DNA of 64,000 bases, taken from positions 1-64,000 of the forward strand of contig CAXHJY010000918.1 of the NCBI GenBank assembly GCA_964016885.1, in the 5' to 3' direction. Position 1 is the first letter of the stretch. Each line of letters begins with the position of its first letter. Of the stretch, positions 11,662 to 24,920 are shown piece after piece. The notes under the pieces were generated by a model. It was given only the letters and a program-made list of their open reading frames with translations, was not told the DNA's origin and ran no database searches. Source of the DNA: Eledone cirrhosa (lineage: Eukaryota). A program made the position numbers and the translations under genes.

Positions 11662-12129
11662 TATATATATATAAACTAAAATGTACACATACACACATAT
11701 ACAAACAAGCATGTACACATACACATACATGCATGTACACATACGTACAAACATGTACATGCATGTACACATACACACCCAACTCTCACTCAGGTGCACA
11801 CACACACATACACACAACACATGCTATATAGGTATATATACCTAAATGTACACATATGTACAGGCAAATAAAGACATCTATTCACATGAAGGCATGTACA
11901 GGTACACAAACATGAACACTCTTGCTCAAACATACACACACACAAGCATACATGCAACCACACACTTGCAAAAGAGCAGACAGCTAAAGTATGTGCAGTT
12001 AGTTTTTTTGTAGTTGAGTTGTGTGTCTGTGTATGTGTGTGTGTCTGTGTGTGTACATGCATGTGTGTGTGTGTGCATGGTGTTTGGTGGGGGTAGTGGA
12101 ACTGAGGTTATGAGTTCAGGCCATGAGGG

Positions 12130-14370
12130 TTCATAATCTGGTGGGCGTTTAGGAAACTAGGAGTAGAGGAATGGCTGGTAAGGATGATACAAACCATGTA
12201 CAGATGCGCAGTCAGTGAGGTTGGAGATAATAATGAATATAGTGATGAGTTTAGTGTGCAGGTGGTTATTCATCAGGGCTCAGTTCTCAATACCCCTCCT
12301 GTTCATCATTGTCCATCAGGCCACAACAGAGGAGTTTAAAACTAGCAGCCTGTGAGAATTCTTATATGCCGATGATCTAATCCTCAGTCGACAGCTTCTG
12401 CTACTAAGGGGACCAAATTAGCTACTACTGCTAACTACAAGGAATCTCTTCCTCAGAATGAAAGGCAGATTGTATGATGCTTGCATACAAACAGCAATGC
12501 TACATGGTAATGAGACTTGGGCTTTGTGTACAGAGGACTTACGAAGATTGGAAAGAAATGAGGCGAGCATGCTCCAATGATGTGCAATAGTAGTATACAT
12601 GAGCGATGAAATATCAATGGACAGAGTAAAACTGGGCATAAGAGATATCAGTTGCAGTGTGCAGGAGAGGAGACTATGATAGTGTGAACGTTTAATGCAT
12701 ATGAACAATGACAGCCGAATAAAGAAATGCAGAGTGCTTGAAGTCAATGGAACCCCTGGAAGGTGAAGACTTAGGAAAATATGGTATGATGTGGTGAGGG
12801 CTGACCTCATGCAGCTGAACCTCACAAAAGAGATGACCTAGGACCAAGAAAACTGGTGATATTTCATAATACAGGGAACTCATCTTACCAGGCAAGTGGA
12901 ATGAAGCAGCACAAGAAGAATAGTTAACCCACCTCCCTCCACCATAAACACAAAGAAACAGAGATGGTACAGCACTCAGGTAGCATCTTCCATCTGCCAG
13001 TATGCTCCTGAAATCCCTGCCAGCATGCCCCTGGTCCTCTTCTACACCCTAAACCCAAAGAAGCAGAGAGATGAAACAACTCTCAAGTCCTCACTTCTTC
13101 ACCCAACCCATGCTAGCATGGAGATCTGATTCACCTTCCCTACTGAACTCTGGCACCACCAATACTTTCCCAACCTAGGAAAGCCTGGCATACCCAAAAA
13201 TAACAGACACCACCCACCCAACCATTTTCCCCAAGCAGTATATAAATACTTCCCTTTTTAGGACACAAAGGAAAGCCTGGCCCCACCCTGACCCACCCCT
13301 CCAGCAATGCACTACCAGTGTCCCAGCCTCAAACGCCCTTCCCCCAGTATGACCATGAACACTGAGCACCTTAGTGGTGTAATGAAATAATGCTCATGCC
13401 ACAACAAAAAACACCCAGTCCACCCTGTAAGTAATTTTAGAGTAAGGGCTTGGCTGACTCCGAGACAAAAGACAATCTGGAGAAGGGAGACATGGAAATT
13501 GAAAGAACACCTAACTGGTGACAAAATTAGTGAGGTCCTACCTGATGGCTACAACAGAAAGGTATGGGTAATGGAGGGAGACTGTTAACATAGAGGGAAA
13601 ATGGGAATTTCTACGAAACAACTCACAGCTTAAGCAAAGTTCCAGCAGGATGGAAAGTGACAAGGTAGTGAAACTATAGGGTAGATAGAACCAGAAAAGC
13701 AGAGAGACAGGCCTAGAAAGGCTAGAAAAAAAGGAGGAAACAGAGTGCAATATCATATAGCTAGAATGGAGGTAAGGCACCAGGTATACTTAGTGAGGAG
13801 AGACACAGGAGCCGTAAGGACTAATAGCACACACAAAACAGATTGCCTCAATTGACTGGGAAAGTCCCAAGAAGTTGTTGGCATTTATTGTTACCTAGGT
13901 GACCTAATCAGCAGCAACGGAAAGATGGTCTGAAAATGTGGTAGCCAAAATAATAATGGGCTAGAAGTTTAAAGAGCTAGTACCTCTGATTACAACAAAG
14001 AACTTCTCCTCCAGAGTGAAAGGTAGGCTGTATGGTGCCAGCATGTGAAATGCAATGCTATATAGCAGTGAGAAATGAGCTTTTATTGCAAAGACCTGTG
14101 AAGGCTAGAAAGAAATGAAGTGAGCATGCTTCAGTGGATGTGTAATACTAGTGTACATGAATGACGTAACATAAATGAACTGAGAGAAAAACTCTATAAG
14201 AGAAGGGTTTGTTGCACTGTGCAAGAGAGAAGACTGCAATGGAATGGACATTTGATACATATGCAAGATAGCAGCTGTGTAAAGAAATGCAGAGAAATCT
14301 AAATGGGATGAAGTAGTGAAGACTGACCTTAGAAAGCTGAATCTCGCAACAGAGATGACAAAGGACTTGT
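12130..14370 (+). mobile_element. Old, degenerate RTE LINE fragments (at least two copies)
   Basis: Broken homologs of [27 protein letters not shown] and EGKWEFLR of the 27278-30165 element. Confidence 0.8.
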
Positions 14371-15791
14371 ACCTACTTTCTTCAACCCTGTGCACCTCAC
14401 TCTACTTATGCTCCCTCCATTACCATGCCTTAGTTATTCTTTCAAACACAACCCTCACCACCAAAATCCCAATACACTAGTGAGTACCTTCCATAACTCT
14501 ACCACTATCACTGCATAGGTATTCTCACCATCACTACACACCCTTCACTATCGAAGGAGGTCACTCCTCATCTCCTACTCATCACCCTGGCAAATTAAAC
14601 CAAACTGGCCAGACATCCATAACTTTATACTTTTCATTCTCTCCCCCTCCCCACCACCACCACCACCACCACACACACATAGATATTACCTCAGCAGAGC
14701 AGAGAGGCCTCTTTTTTTAGGACAATAACCAAAAACCTCTCTAATGTTGGTGCCATGAAAATGTAACCAGTACATCCTATAAAGTGGTTGGCAATACAAA
14801 AGGTAACGCATTGTAGAAACCATACCAAAATGGTTAAAAAGACCCTTTAGGTGTGTCAATGGTGCAACAACCTCTCTAGAGTTGGTGATCTACATGATAA
14901 ACATACTCAGTACATGCTGTAAAGAGGTTGGTGATAGGAAGGGCACCAACCATAGAAAGAGTGGGGAGGACACTTGAGTTGTGTGAAGCATATAAGACCC
15001 TCTAGTGCTGGTGATCTATACAATAAACATCCAGTACTTGCTGTAAAGTGGAACACTAACATTTACAGCAGGGACTCTGTGATTTTCATCATGTCACCAA
15101 ATGACCAACTGACAGGTGGGACTGGGTACATCTACTTTTTGATTCTTCACTTATCTAGGTAAAATGATGGAAAGGGTGTTGTTATGGGCCCTTAGCTTTA
15201 TGGTTAAAGTGCCTAGCCGGTATCTGGAGGACATAGGGTTCAATTCCTCATTGAGGCCATGGGTGCGTATTGGTATATGAATTGGACACTCACATACCAA
15301 TACACACCCACGCAAGCACACATGAATCTTTACACACATGCACGTATATGATTATACGAGTGTATATACACGTGCAAAATTTCCCTACCAAATAGACATC
15401 ACCCACACACAAAGGAATAGGCCCGTGTTTATATATACACCCATCATCTCACAAATCACAACAAACACTATATTTTTTGTCACGTCTTTAGTCTGAAGAG
15501 CAAATTGATAAAGGAGTCGGATCCATAACACCTATTGGTGACTCTGAGCCAATCCTCTGTGAAACGCGTGTAACAGGTCAATACACAACAAAAATCTAAT
15601 GCATGTAAACAAAACTTGCTCATTTTTTCAAATATATACACTCTGCTTGTGTATAAAGTGTAATTCACCGTACCACCTACACTATATATATATATATATA
15701 TATATGCAAAAGTTCTATTTAAAATTGTTGGGATACAACAAGTAAATATTTTTATAACTGATATAAAGCACTCGACAAGTTTTTGGAGTAG

Positions 15792-16390
15792 ATATACGAT
15801 ATTAATAAATGGAAACTATATTTATAAAACCATATTTATTTCATTATACATATTTCAGGGATACCACATTAAATTATGGTATGCCTTCATCAGACAAAAT
15901 ACAATATATAACAGTTTTACAAATAGCTTTGACGTACCCTTTTAAAATGCAACCAATATTTTTGGAGGCTGTCTGGATAGTGATTTGTTTATATTATTTT
16001 AATAAGTCATAGTGTTAAGCACAATTAGAAAAAGACGGAGAGAAAGAAAAAGAGAAAAAAGATGGAGAGAAAGAAAACCTGGAGAAATATCGGAGAGAGA
16101 GAGAAATGTATGGAGAAAAGAAAGAGAAAAATAAAGATAGGAGGAAATAAAAAAGAAAGAAAAAAGGAAGAAATAAGAAAAACAAAGGAAAGCAACAGAG
16201 ATATCAAGTCATCATACAGATAGAAAAACTCAAGAGAGAGAAATACTATATAGAGAGAGGGGGAGACAATGAAAACTTTACGTCATGTCATATTAAGTTG
16301 AGTTAACAATTTATATGAAATGAATAATAAAAATATAAATATCAATATTCATGAATGGGACATAGATATATATGAGAAATTTAAATCATT
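15792..16390 (-). repeat. Left arm of a ~600-bp inverted repeat (PLE pLTR-like)
   Basis: Near-identical reverse complement of 17405-18008; mirror ORFs METIFIKP... and MISLLLSF... in the track. Confidence 0.92.
15838..15900 (-). ncRNA. Type I hammerhead ribozyme
   Basis: attttgt CTGATGA agg-c-ataccata atttaa tgtggtat-c-cct GAAA tatgt ATA atgaaat. Confidence 0.75.
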
Positions 16391-17404
16391 AGATTCCTTC
16401 ACCTTTTTCTTTTTAAACTTTCTTCCTAAATATAAACATGGATATAATAAACTACTCTAAAATGTCTATACTTCCAATGTATTAAATAAAATATACGTAA
16501 GATAAATTTCTATACTAAATATAAGGTTATCTGTAGAATCATTGGGTTTTTTAAATCTTTTAAATTATTTTTATTTATTTGTTTTGATTCTGATAGCTTC
16601 TCATAACTTTCATAAGTCTACCCTTTCAATATCTTGATTGAGATATACGTAGGATAAATTTCTATACTAAATATATAAAACATATTATTTTAACTTAAGA
16701 TACTCTATAGTGTTTTAAAGATATTTAATGCTTTGATATTTCTAGATTTCTTTTGACTATACTAATATAGTTGTATTTCCAAAATATATTCCTTTGGTAT
16801 TTTAAATTTATATTGTTATAGTTATATTTACAAGTTATAATCCTTTAGTAATATATTGATATTTGATTATCTCTATACAAATGCATATGTGTGTATTAAC
16901 ATGCATATAAAGTGTTATAGGTTTTTTGTGTTTGTATATATGTCTGTATATATACATGAGCGATGCGGGAGGACGCACGCAGATATTTATTTATGCATAT
17001 GTATGTGTATATATGTATGTATATATATCTGTGTGGGTGAGAGGTATGTTGCAGACATGCATAATATTAAATACATGAATGGCAATCGTATATATGAGGA
17101 CATGAATATTAATCGTATATATTTATGTATATATACTGTGAACTTTTTATAACACAGGGAATGTATAGCAGTGATTAAGAGAAATCATTTACGTTTTGTA
17201 TGGCTATATTGTTGGCTTGAGTAAACATAATTTCTATTTTCAGGACGTGCGTATCTATATGTATATATATATATATACATATATATTTGTATGTCTTTGC
17301 ATAAGATACTGATCTCTATAGCAAGGGTACATTTTGAACGATTTAACTCAGATTTTGGTATATTGATCTCAAGTTTTTAAACTAAACATATAGTCATTAT
17401 TGAA

Positions 17405-18003
17405 CAATGTTTAATTTCTCATATTATATATCTATGTCCCATTCATGAATATTGATATTTATATTTTTATTATTCATTTCATATAAATTGTTAACTCAAC
17501 TTAATATGACATGACGTAAAGTTTTCATTGTCTCCCCCTCTCTCTATATAGTATTTCTCTCTCTTGAGTTTTTCTATCTGTATGATGACTTGATATCTCT
17601 GTTGCTTTCCTTTGTTTTTCTTATTTCTTCCTTTTTTCTTTCTTTTTTATTTCCTCCTATCTTTATTTATCTCTTTCTTTTCTCCATACATTTCTCTCTC
17701 TCTCCGATATTTCTCCAGGTTTTCTTTCTCTCTCTCCGTCTTTTTTCTTTTTTTCTTTCTCTCCGTCTTTTTCTAATTGTGCTTAACACTATGACTTATT
17801 AAAATAATATAAACAAATCACTATCCAGACAGCCTCCAAAAATAATGGTTGCATTTTAAAAGGGTACGTCAAAGCTATTTGTAAAACTGTTATATATTGT
17901 ATTTTATCTGATGAAGGCATACCATAATTTAATGTGGTATTCCTGAAATATGTATAATGAAATAAATATGGTTTTATAAATATAGTTTCCATTTATTAAT
18001 ATC

Positions 18004-18008
<5 letters not shown>
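17405..18008 (+). repeat. Right arm of the ~600-bp inverted repeat
   Basis: Reverse complement of 15792-16390; ends in (TA)n. Confidence 0.92.
17901..17963 (+). ncRNA. Type I hammerhead ribozyme
   Basis: attttat CTGATGA agg-c-ataccata...tgtggtat-t-cct GAAA tatgt ATA atgaaat, followed by AATAAA. Confidence 0.78.
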
Positions 18009-18040
<32 letters not shown>

Positions 18041-18042
<2 letters not shown>

Positions 18043-18570
18043 GGCTGCCCCCTCGTTATCAAGTATGGCCATTGAATGATATACCATTATTAATAATTAT
18101 CAATTAATTCTATCATGCAATGCCTGTGCGTGAAGATATTTTTTAAAGTAAGGAAAGACTATGCACTGAGCCAATCCCACTCTCTGAGCGACAGTAGCTA
18201 TAATCCAAAAAGAAGAAGAGATCAACATCATCGGTAACTACTGAGCCGCAGGTTTTATATCGGAGTTATCCCAGTTTCCTGAGTTGCCTTCTAGAAGAAT
18301 GGCTTGACAAAGGCGATGGATCTTTCACTCCCAGTGGTTTAACCACGCGGTACATGTGTATATATACATATTTACACACTTTTGGATGGCCGTTGACTCT
18401 TATGAGTTCTTCCGCCCTTTGTCAGGTTTTGTTTTTTGTCCTGCAGGGTGTCCAAAATCACCCTCCTCGCCAAGTAAACTTAGGAAGTTGCCGGTTTAGT
18501 CGCCGACGACCTGACCCTGCGACTGGTTGTACTGGGTTACATGTTACGAGTAGCACTCAAGAGTGACCCA
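18041..18570 (+). mobile_element. Unclassified non-autonomous interspersed repeat inserted in (TA)n
   Basis: Starts atggctgcc; diverged homologs in reverse orientation at 39398-39816 and 41530-41858 (shared aaaaagaagaa..tcaacatcat.gg, ggttgtactggg). Confidence 0.55.
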
Positions 18571-19051
18571 ACATATATACATACATATATATATACATAT
18601 ATATTTAAATATACATATATACAGACATACATATACATAGATTCATACATATATTTACATACATATATATGCATATATATTTACTTATATATATACATAT
18701 ATATTTACATGCATATATATACATATATTCTTGCATACACACACATATATATGTACACACAGACATACATATACATACATATCAATATATATACATGAAA
18801 ACACATATATATATATGCATATACACATATATATATATATCCATACATAAACAAACATATATATATAAGAGGTGGGTGACAGTAATAGACTTGTGCATTT
18901 ATCTAATTGTATTCCTATCTTACTCTTTCTCTCTCTTTATATATATATATATTTATATATATATAAATATAACAAAGGAAATGTGGTAAGGAACCAGATG
19001 GACCATAACACACCAAAGTACTCAATACTTAGGGTAGTAGAGTGGGTAAGA

Positions 19052-19131
19052 GGAACAAGTATGACCCCGACGGCAGAGCTCAAGCCGTTTCAAAACGGCT
19101 TGAGCTCTGCCGTTGGGGTCATACTTGTTCC
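19052..19131. repeat. 80-bp near-perfect palindrome
   Basis: ggaacaagtatgaccccgacggcagagctcaagccgttt|ca|aaacggcttgagctctgccgttggggtcatacttgttcc. Confidence 0.95.
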
Positions 19132-19274
19132 AATATGTATATGTGTATAAATATATATACATATATATACATATATTTATATATGTGTATATATGTATAT
19201 ATATATATGTATTCATATATAAATATATGTATATATATATATAGATAGATAGATAGATATACATACATATATAT

Positions 19275-20313
19275 ATCATCATCGTTTAATGTCTATCTTC
19301 CACACTAGCATGAGTTTAGACAAGAATTGTCCCACTAGAGACTGTGTCTCGCTCGTATAGGACTGTCTGACAGGTTTTCTACGGCTGGATGCCCTTCCTA
19401 ACACCAACGACGTTTACAGTGTGGAGGGGGAGGTTTTTACCGTGTTACCTACATGGCCACATTACAGCGTGGACTGTGTGTTTTTTTGTCCTGACACCTA
19501 CACGGCCTCATTTATTTAGGACTGCATGTTGTGGTACCAACATAACTTTACAGAGAGAGGGTGGTGTTGGTGGGAGTGGGGGGTAGAGTAGGAGTAGTGG
19601 AATGGGGGTGTATATTTGGTTAAGAGGTGCCTACTGACTGTAGGTCTCACATTGTACATAGGCAAGGCGGGCCTTCTGTATTACTGCGTAGGGCCAAAGA
19701 TCTCGGTCCAGTGACATTGTCTTAGAGAAGTGTGTAAGTGTGTAAGTGTGTAAGGTCAGATTTTATCAAATCGTCCCAGGTTTTTCTGGGTCTACCTACT
19801 CCATAACTTCCATCAATTTTGATCACCCTGCACTTTTTTATTAAGCTGTCGTCTTTCATGTGCATCACGTGACCATACCAACGTAGACTTCTCTCGAGTA
19901 AACAGCATCTGATCCCTCTTATTCCTAATTTCTCACTTAGTTCATTTATGCTTTGCCGTTCGCGTATATTACTATTACACATCCAACGGAGCATACATGC
20001 TTCGTTCCTCTCCAGTCGGCATCGTCATCATCACCATTTAACGTCCGTTCTTCTACGCTAGCATGGGTTAGACGGGTTGTGGTGGGCAGTGTCCAGTCAG
20101 CTAACTTTGTCTTGCCCATACGGGAACTGACTCTGGCTTAATTTCTACAGCTGGATGCCCTTCCTAACACCAACCTCATTTACAGTTAGTGCTGGGTGCT
20201 TTTTTTCCGTGGCGCCTACACGTCCACTTTACAGTGTGGGCTGGGTGCTTTTTTGCCGTGGCACCTCCACAACCACTTTGCAGTGGGAGGGGGCTGGGGG
20301 CATATTGTCTTTA
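19275..20313 (-). mobile_element. Two RTE 3' fragments in tandem
   Basis: [19 protein letters not shown]...GRPRKTW plus two (ATC)n tails. Confidence 0.9.
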
Positions 20314-20931
20314 CGAGCATTATAATAAATGTTCGGTACACCGATACGTGCATATATATATGTGTTCATGTATGTATATATATACATACTACTGTACGTC
20401 TGTATACATATATGTATGTACGTATACATACATACTTACATTTAAGTAACTGCCGTACTAAGAGTGAGAAATGAAATTTCGTTTCATTCTATTCCATTTA
20501 TCGTTTTCGGTGCGCCCGGCCTTCTAAACTCACTCGATATGCAAATTAGGCTGCTCAGCCGTTAATATGCATAAGGAAAATATATACTTTCAGACGTTCA
20601 ACCATCTGGCAGGAAGGTATACAATGCTGACGATAGCTAATAAGCTTGAAACTAGTACATTGTTCCTGTGTCCGTGTTGAACAAAAAGGTGACATGGTTG
20701 CCAAAACGCTGTACGGCGTAATTTGGGCTGTTTGTTTACAAACAAACCGAGCATTATAATAAATGTTCGGTAAACCGATACATGCATATATATATGTGTG
20801 CATGTATGTATATATATACATACTACTGTACGTCTGTATACATATATGTATGTACGTATACATACATACTTACATTTAAGTAACTGCCGTACTAAGAGTG
20901 AGAAATGAAATTTTGTTTCATTCTATTCCAT
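20314..20931 (+). mobile_element. Retrozyme/pLTR-like unit: 184-bp direct repeats (period 434 bp) around an HHR
   Basis: 20314-20497 is near-identical to 20748-20931. Confidence 0.75.
20621..20663 (+). ncRNA. Intact-core minimal type I hammerhead ribozyme
   Basis: acaatg CTGACGA t agct aata agct t GAAA cta GTA cattgt; perfect 6-bp stem I; palindromic CTAG stem III. Confidence 0.88.
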
Positions 20932-21268
20932 CTATATATATATATATATATTTATGTATATACATATTATAGTCACAGATAAATTTATGTATGCATATAT
21001 ATATATTTATGTACACACATAATACATATATATATATACACACATAACACATATTTATATATACACACATAACACATATTTATATATACACACATAATAC
21101 ATACATACATATATAAATATATACATACATATATGTATATAAATATATACATACATATGTATGTATACATATATATATATGAATATATAGACATGTTTAT
21201 ATATATATATAAATATATATACATATATGTATATATATATATAAATATATATATATACATATATGTAT

Positions 21269-21301
<33 letters not shown>

Positions 21302-21349
21302 CATTTATACATACTCATATACATACGTATATAAATATATTTATACCAT

Positions 21350-23580
21350 ATATCTTGAATTCTTTAAACCGGAAAATTCCCCAACTTCGCGGTGGGATTT
21401 ATCGTGATGATGCTCTTTTTACTGTCTCTAATTGTAACAATGTAAGCTTTAATATAATTAAGAAAAATATACTTGATCTATTTAAGCATCTTAACTTAAA
21501 AATTGAATTCGAGAATAATGATAAACTAGCAAATTTCCTTGATATATCCCTTAATCTAGATACCGGCCTATATTACCCATATCATAAGGATAACGAGAAC
21601 TTAAATTACGTTAACTTTAAATCTAACTACCCTAATAATGTTAAAACTGCTATAGTCAAAAGTGTAGAAAAAAGAATTTCTAATTTATCCTCTAATAAAG
21701 ATATCTTCGAAGCTAATGCCAACTATTATAATAATGCCCTATCTAGGGCTGGATATCTAGACAAAATTTGGTATACTAAAGAACTTAACTTTGGCAGAGC
21801 TTATAGTAACTCTAGTAATGTAGCTAGTAATAATCATACTGCTAACAAAAGGAGACCTAGATATAAAAATATCCTTTGGTACAACGCTCCCTTCTCTCTT
21901 TCCATTATTAGTAATATCCCTAAATTATTTTTTAGGGCATTACATAACAGCTTCCCTCCTTCACATATATATAGGAAGATTTTCAATAAGCATACTATTA
22001 AATTCTCATATTCTACTACTTCGGACATTTCTAAAATTATCTCAAGACATAATTCTAAAATATTAAATAATACTCATATGCATCCAACCATGAGTCATAA
22101 TAATAACACTATAAGGCCCGACGTCAATGTAAACTCTAGGCAAAAATAACACAAGTATAAATACGACATCAAACGTAACTTTGAGGAATACATCAAATAG
22201 TAATGTAAATCTGGAAATTTTAGCACCTCCTTTAGCTAATTCCACCACTCCAGTTCCTAATATAATTAATCCTGGGCTACTTGCTAATAATTCTGTAAAT
22301 AATCTTAATCGTAAATGCAACTGCCCTATTAGAACTAATTATCCTCTTAGTAATTTCTGTCTCGATAAAAACCTAGTATACGAATGTAAAGTGGTAACTA
22401 GTACCAATACCTATACCTACATTGACTCTACTTCTACCTCCTTTAAAGCAAGATTCTATAATCATTCTTCTACATTTAAATCTCCACTTAAAAGGACCAG
22501 CACCGCACTCTCAGAACTTATTTGGTCCTTAAAAAACAAAAACATAAATTACGAAATTTCTTGGCGTAAAATCTACAACGCATCTCCACACTCCAATGCT
22601 TCCATATCTAGTGTTTGTAATTTATGTCTAGTCGAAAAGTTTATCATTATCTCGAATTTCAACACAATAATAAATCGAAGAACAGATTTATTTGGACTTT
22701 GTAATCATAAATCCTTCAAGACCTTTCATAAAGTATATAGCTGATGTCCTTTAACATATTCCACGAGTCATGGTTATCTTTACACATCTTTCATTATATT
22801 CTATAATGTATTAATTTGGTTTTCTCATCATATATTAAGCCTTTGATCCTTTTTTCTATAGCCTCAGACTTTCATTCAAACCTTCGTAGATTTTGTAAAC
22901 AAATTATGACGTCATATGTTTTTCTACGTTTATAAATCATTCTAGCAATTTCCTTTATTTACTTGTTGATATAAAATATAAATTAAATAGTATACCCTAC
23001 ATATATAGATCTTTACTAGAAATTATAAAATTTGACATAGAACAACTACTTTTATTTTTATTTATTTTATAAAAATCCTTTTTTTATATTTATTTTATTT
23101 TATTTTATTTTATTAATACATTTTTACACTTCTTAATCCAATTTTTAGTATTTAAACCCAATATAAAATAATATACCCAGTTTCTATATTTAGGCCTCTA
23201 ATATTTGAATACCATCTATAATATTCGCACATACACCTCATCAATTTACTTTTTAACCGTTATTTACAGCTGTTTTCATTTTGACAGCATTCCTAATCAA
23301 AAGTCTCTCTCCCTCTCTCTCTTTTTTTCTTTTTTTTCCTTCTCTTTCTTTTTCCTTTTTCTCCTCTTCTTTCCTTCTATTTTCCTATCTATTTCTTACT
23401 ATAGTATTAACACTTATATTTCTGTCATATGTAGACTTAGCATTTTCCTGTAAACAGATGCTATTATGCCTCATATCATGTTACCTTCTTTTATCTGATG
23501 AGAACATAATTTTTGTCCCAGAATGATTTTGTATTCGAAATGCGCATAATAAAATATATGGAACTCTTTTAACCATCTTT
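21350..23580 (+). mobile_element. 5'-truncated Penelope-like retroelement (RT + C-terminal GIY-YIG + 3' UTR + HHR), flanked by (TA)n
   Basis: YRDD, NFLDISLNL, YYPYHK, WYNAPFS, KIFNKHTIKFSYS (21355-22149); CNC..PL..C..NLVY..YID.T..FKARFYNH..CNLCLVEK..CNH (22181-22744); frameshift near 22145. Confidence 0.93.
23489..23554 (+). ncRNA. Type I hammerhead ribozyme at the PLE 3' end
   Basis: ttttat CTGATGA gaa...ttc GAAA tgcgc ATA ataaaa; palindromic TGCGCA stem III. Confidence 0.85.
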
Positions 23581-23641
23581 TATTTCTTTATATACCATAT
23601 ATATATGTACATATATATATATATATAAATATATATATACC

Positions 23642-23672
<31 letters not shown>

Positions 23673-23970
23673 AATATATATATACCATATATATATATAA
23701 ATATATATATATAAATATATATATATATACCATATATATATATACATATATATATATCTAAAAATATATATATATACCATATATATATATACATATATAT
23801 ATATCTAAAAATATATATATATACCATATATATATATATACATATATATATATCTAAAAATATATATATATACATATATATAAATATATATATATACATA
23901 TATATATACATATATATATGTATATATGTATATATATATATTTATGTGTATATATATTTATGTGTATATA

Positions 23971-24042
<72 letters not shown>

Positions 24043-24394
24043 AATATATATACACATATAAATATATATACACATATAAATATATATACATATATACATA
24101 TATATATACATATATACATATATATATACATATATACATATATATATACATATATATATACATATATATACACATATACATATATATATACACATATATA
24201 TATACACATATATATATGTACATACATATATATATATATATATTGTTATACTTTGGGGAGGGTCATGTTGCCAATAAGAAACACACGCACCAGTTGCTTT
24301 CACTTCAATTTATTATAATAAATTTATAAATTTAGGAATTTATAAATTTCCGGTTGGTTGGTTGGTTCCACAACCAGATGATTGTTCATATATT

Positions 24395-24437
24395 GTCAAA
24401 GTTCTTTCGTCACAGATTCTGTGACCTCTTCATTGAC
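24395..24437 (-). ncRNA. Hammerhead-like motif (core C3 mutated) downstream of a GIY-YIG ORF
   Basis: Minus strand: gtca ATGAAGA g gtcacag aat ctgtgac GAAA gaa CTT tgac. Confidence 0.6.
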
Positions 24438-24635
24438 TGGGATTCTTTTCTTTGTTTTTGTGCCTCTCCTTTGTTCTGTCCTACGCCATCTTGTTTTTTT
24501 GTGTGTTGTGTGCTTAGTTTGTGCATGTGTTACATCCGGATGTCTGTGTGTGTTTATATTTGTTTATTTATTTGTTTATTTATATATTACTGGTTGGTTG
24601 TTTGTTCTATGTGTGTGTGTGTTTTCATTTTGTCC

Positions 24636-24920
24636 TTAATTGTAAGTTGTGATGTTGCTGTTCCATTCATGTTTTCTATTTAATTTTGGTTGGAGTTCAT
24701 TTATGTTTATTGCCTCTGTGATTTGTCTAAACATTGCGTTTTTTTCGTGTGTAGATTCTATTTTTATTTCTATGTTCTCTAATTTACCCTTATGTTCTAT
24801 TTTAGCATGTTGGCAGAGTACAGATGATTCTTTACTATCTTGAAGCTCTCGCCAGTGTTCATTTATCCGTTCCCCTATACTACGAGCTGTCTCACCTATG
24901 TACACTATATTCTTATAGGG
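24636..24920 (-). pseudogene. Penelope-like GIY-YIG endonuclease C-terminal fragment (second PLE family)
   Basis: VYIGETARSIGERINEH...S.L.QH...H...RQITEAI.I...P.LNRKHEW. Confidence 0.88.
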
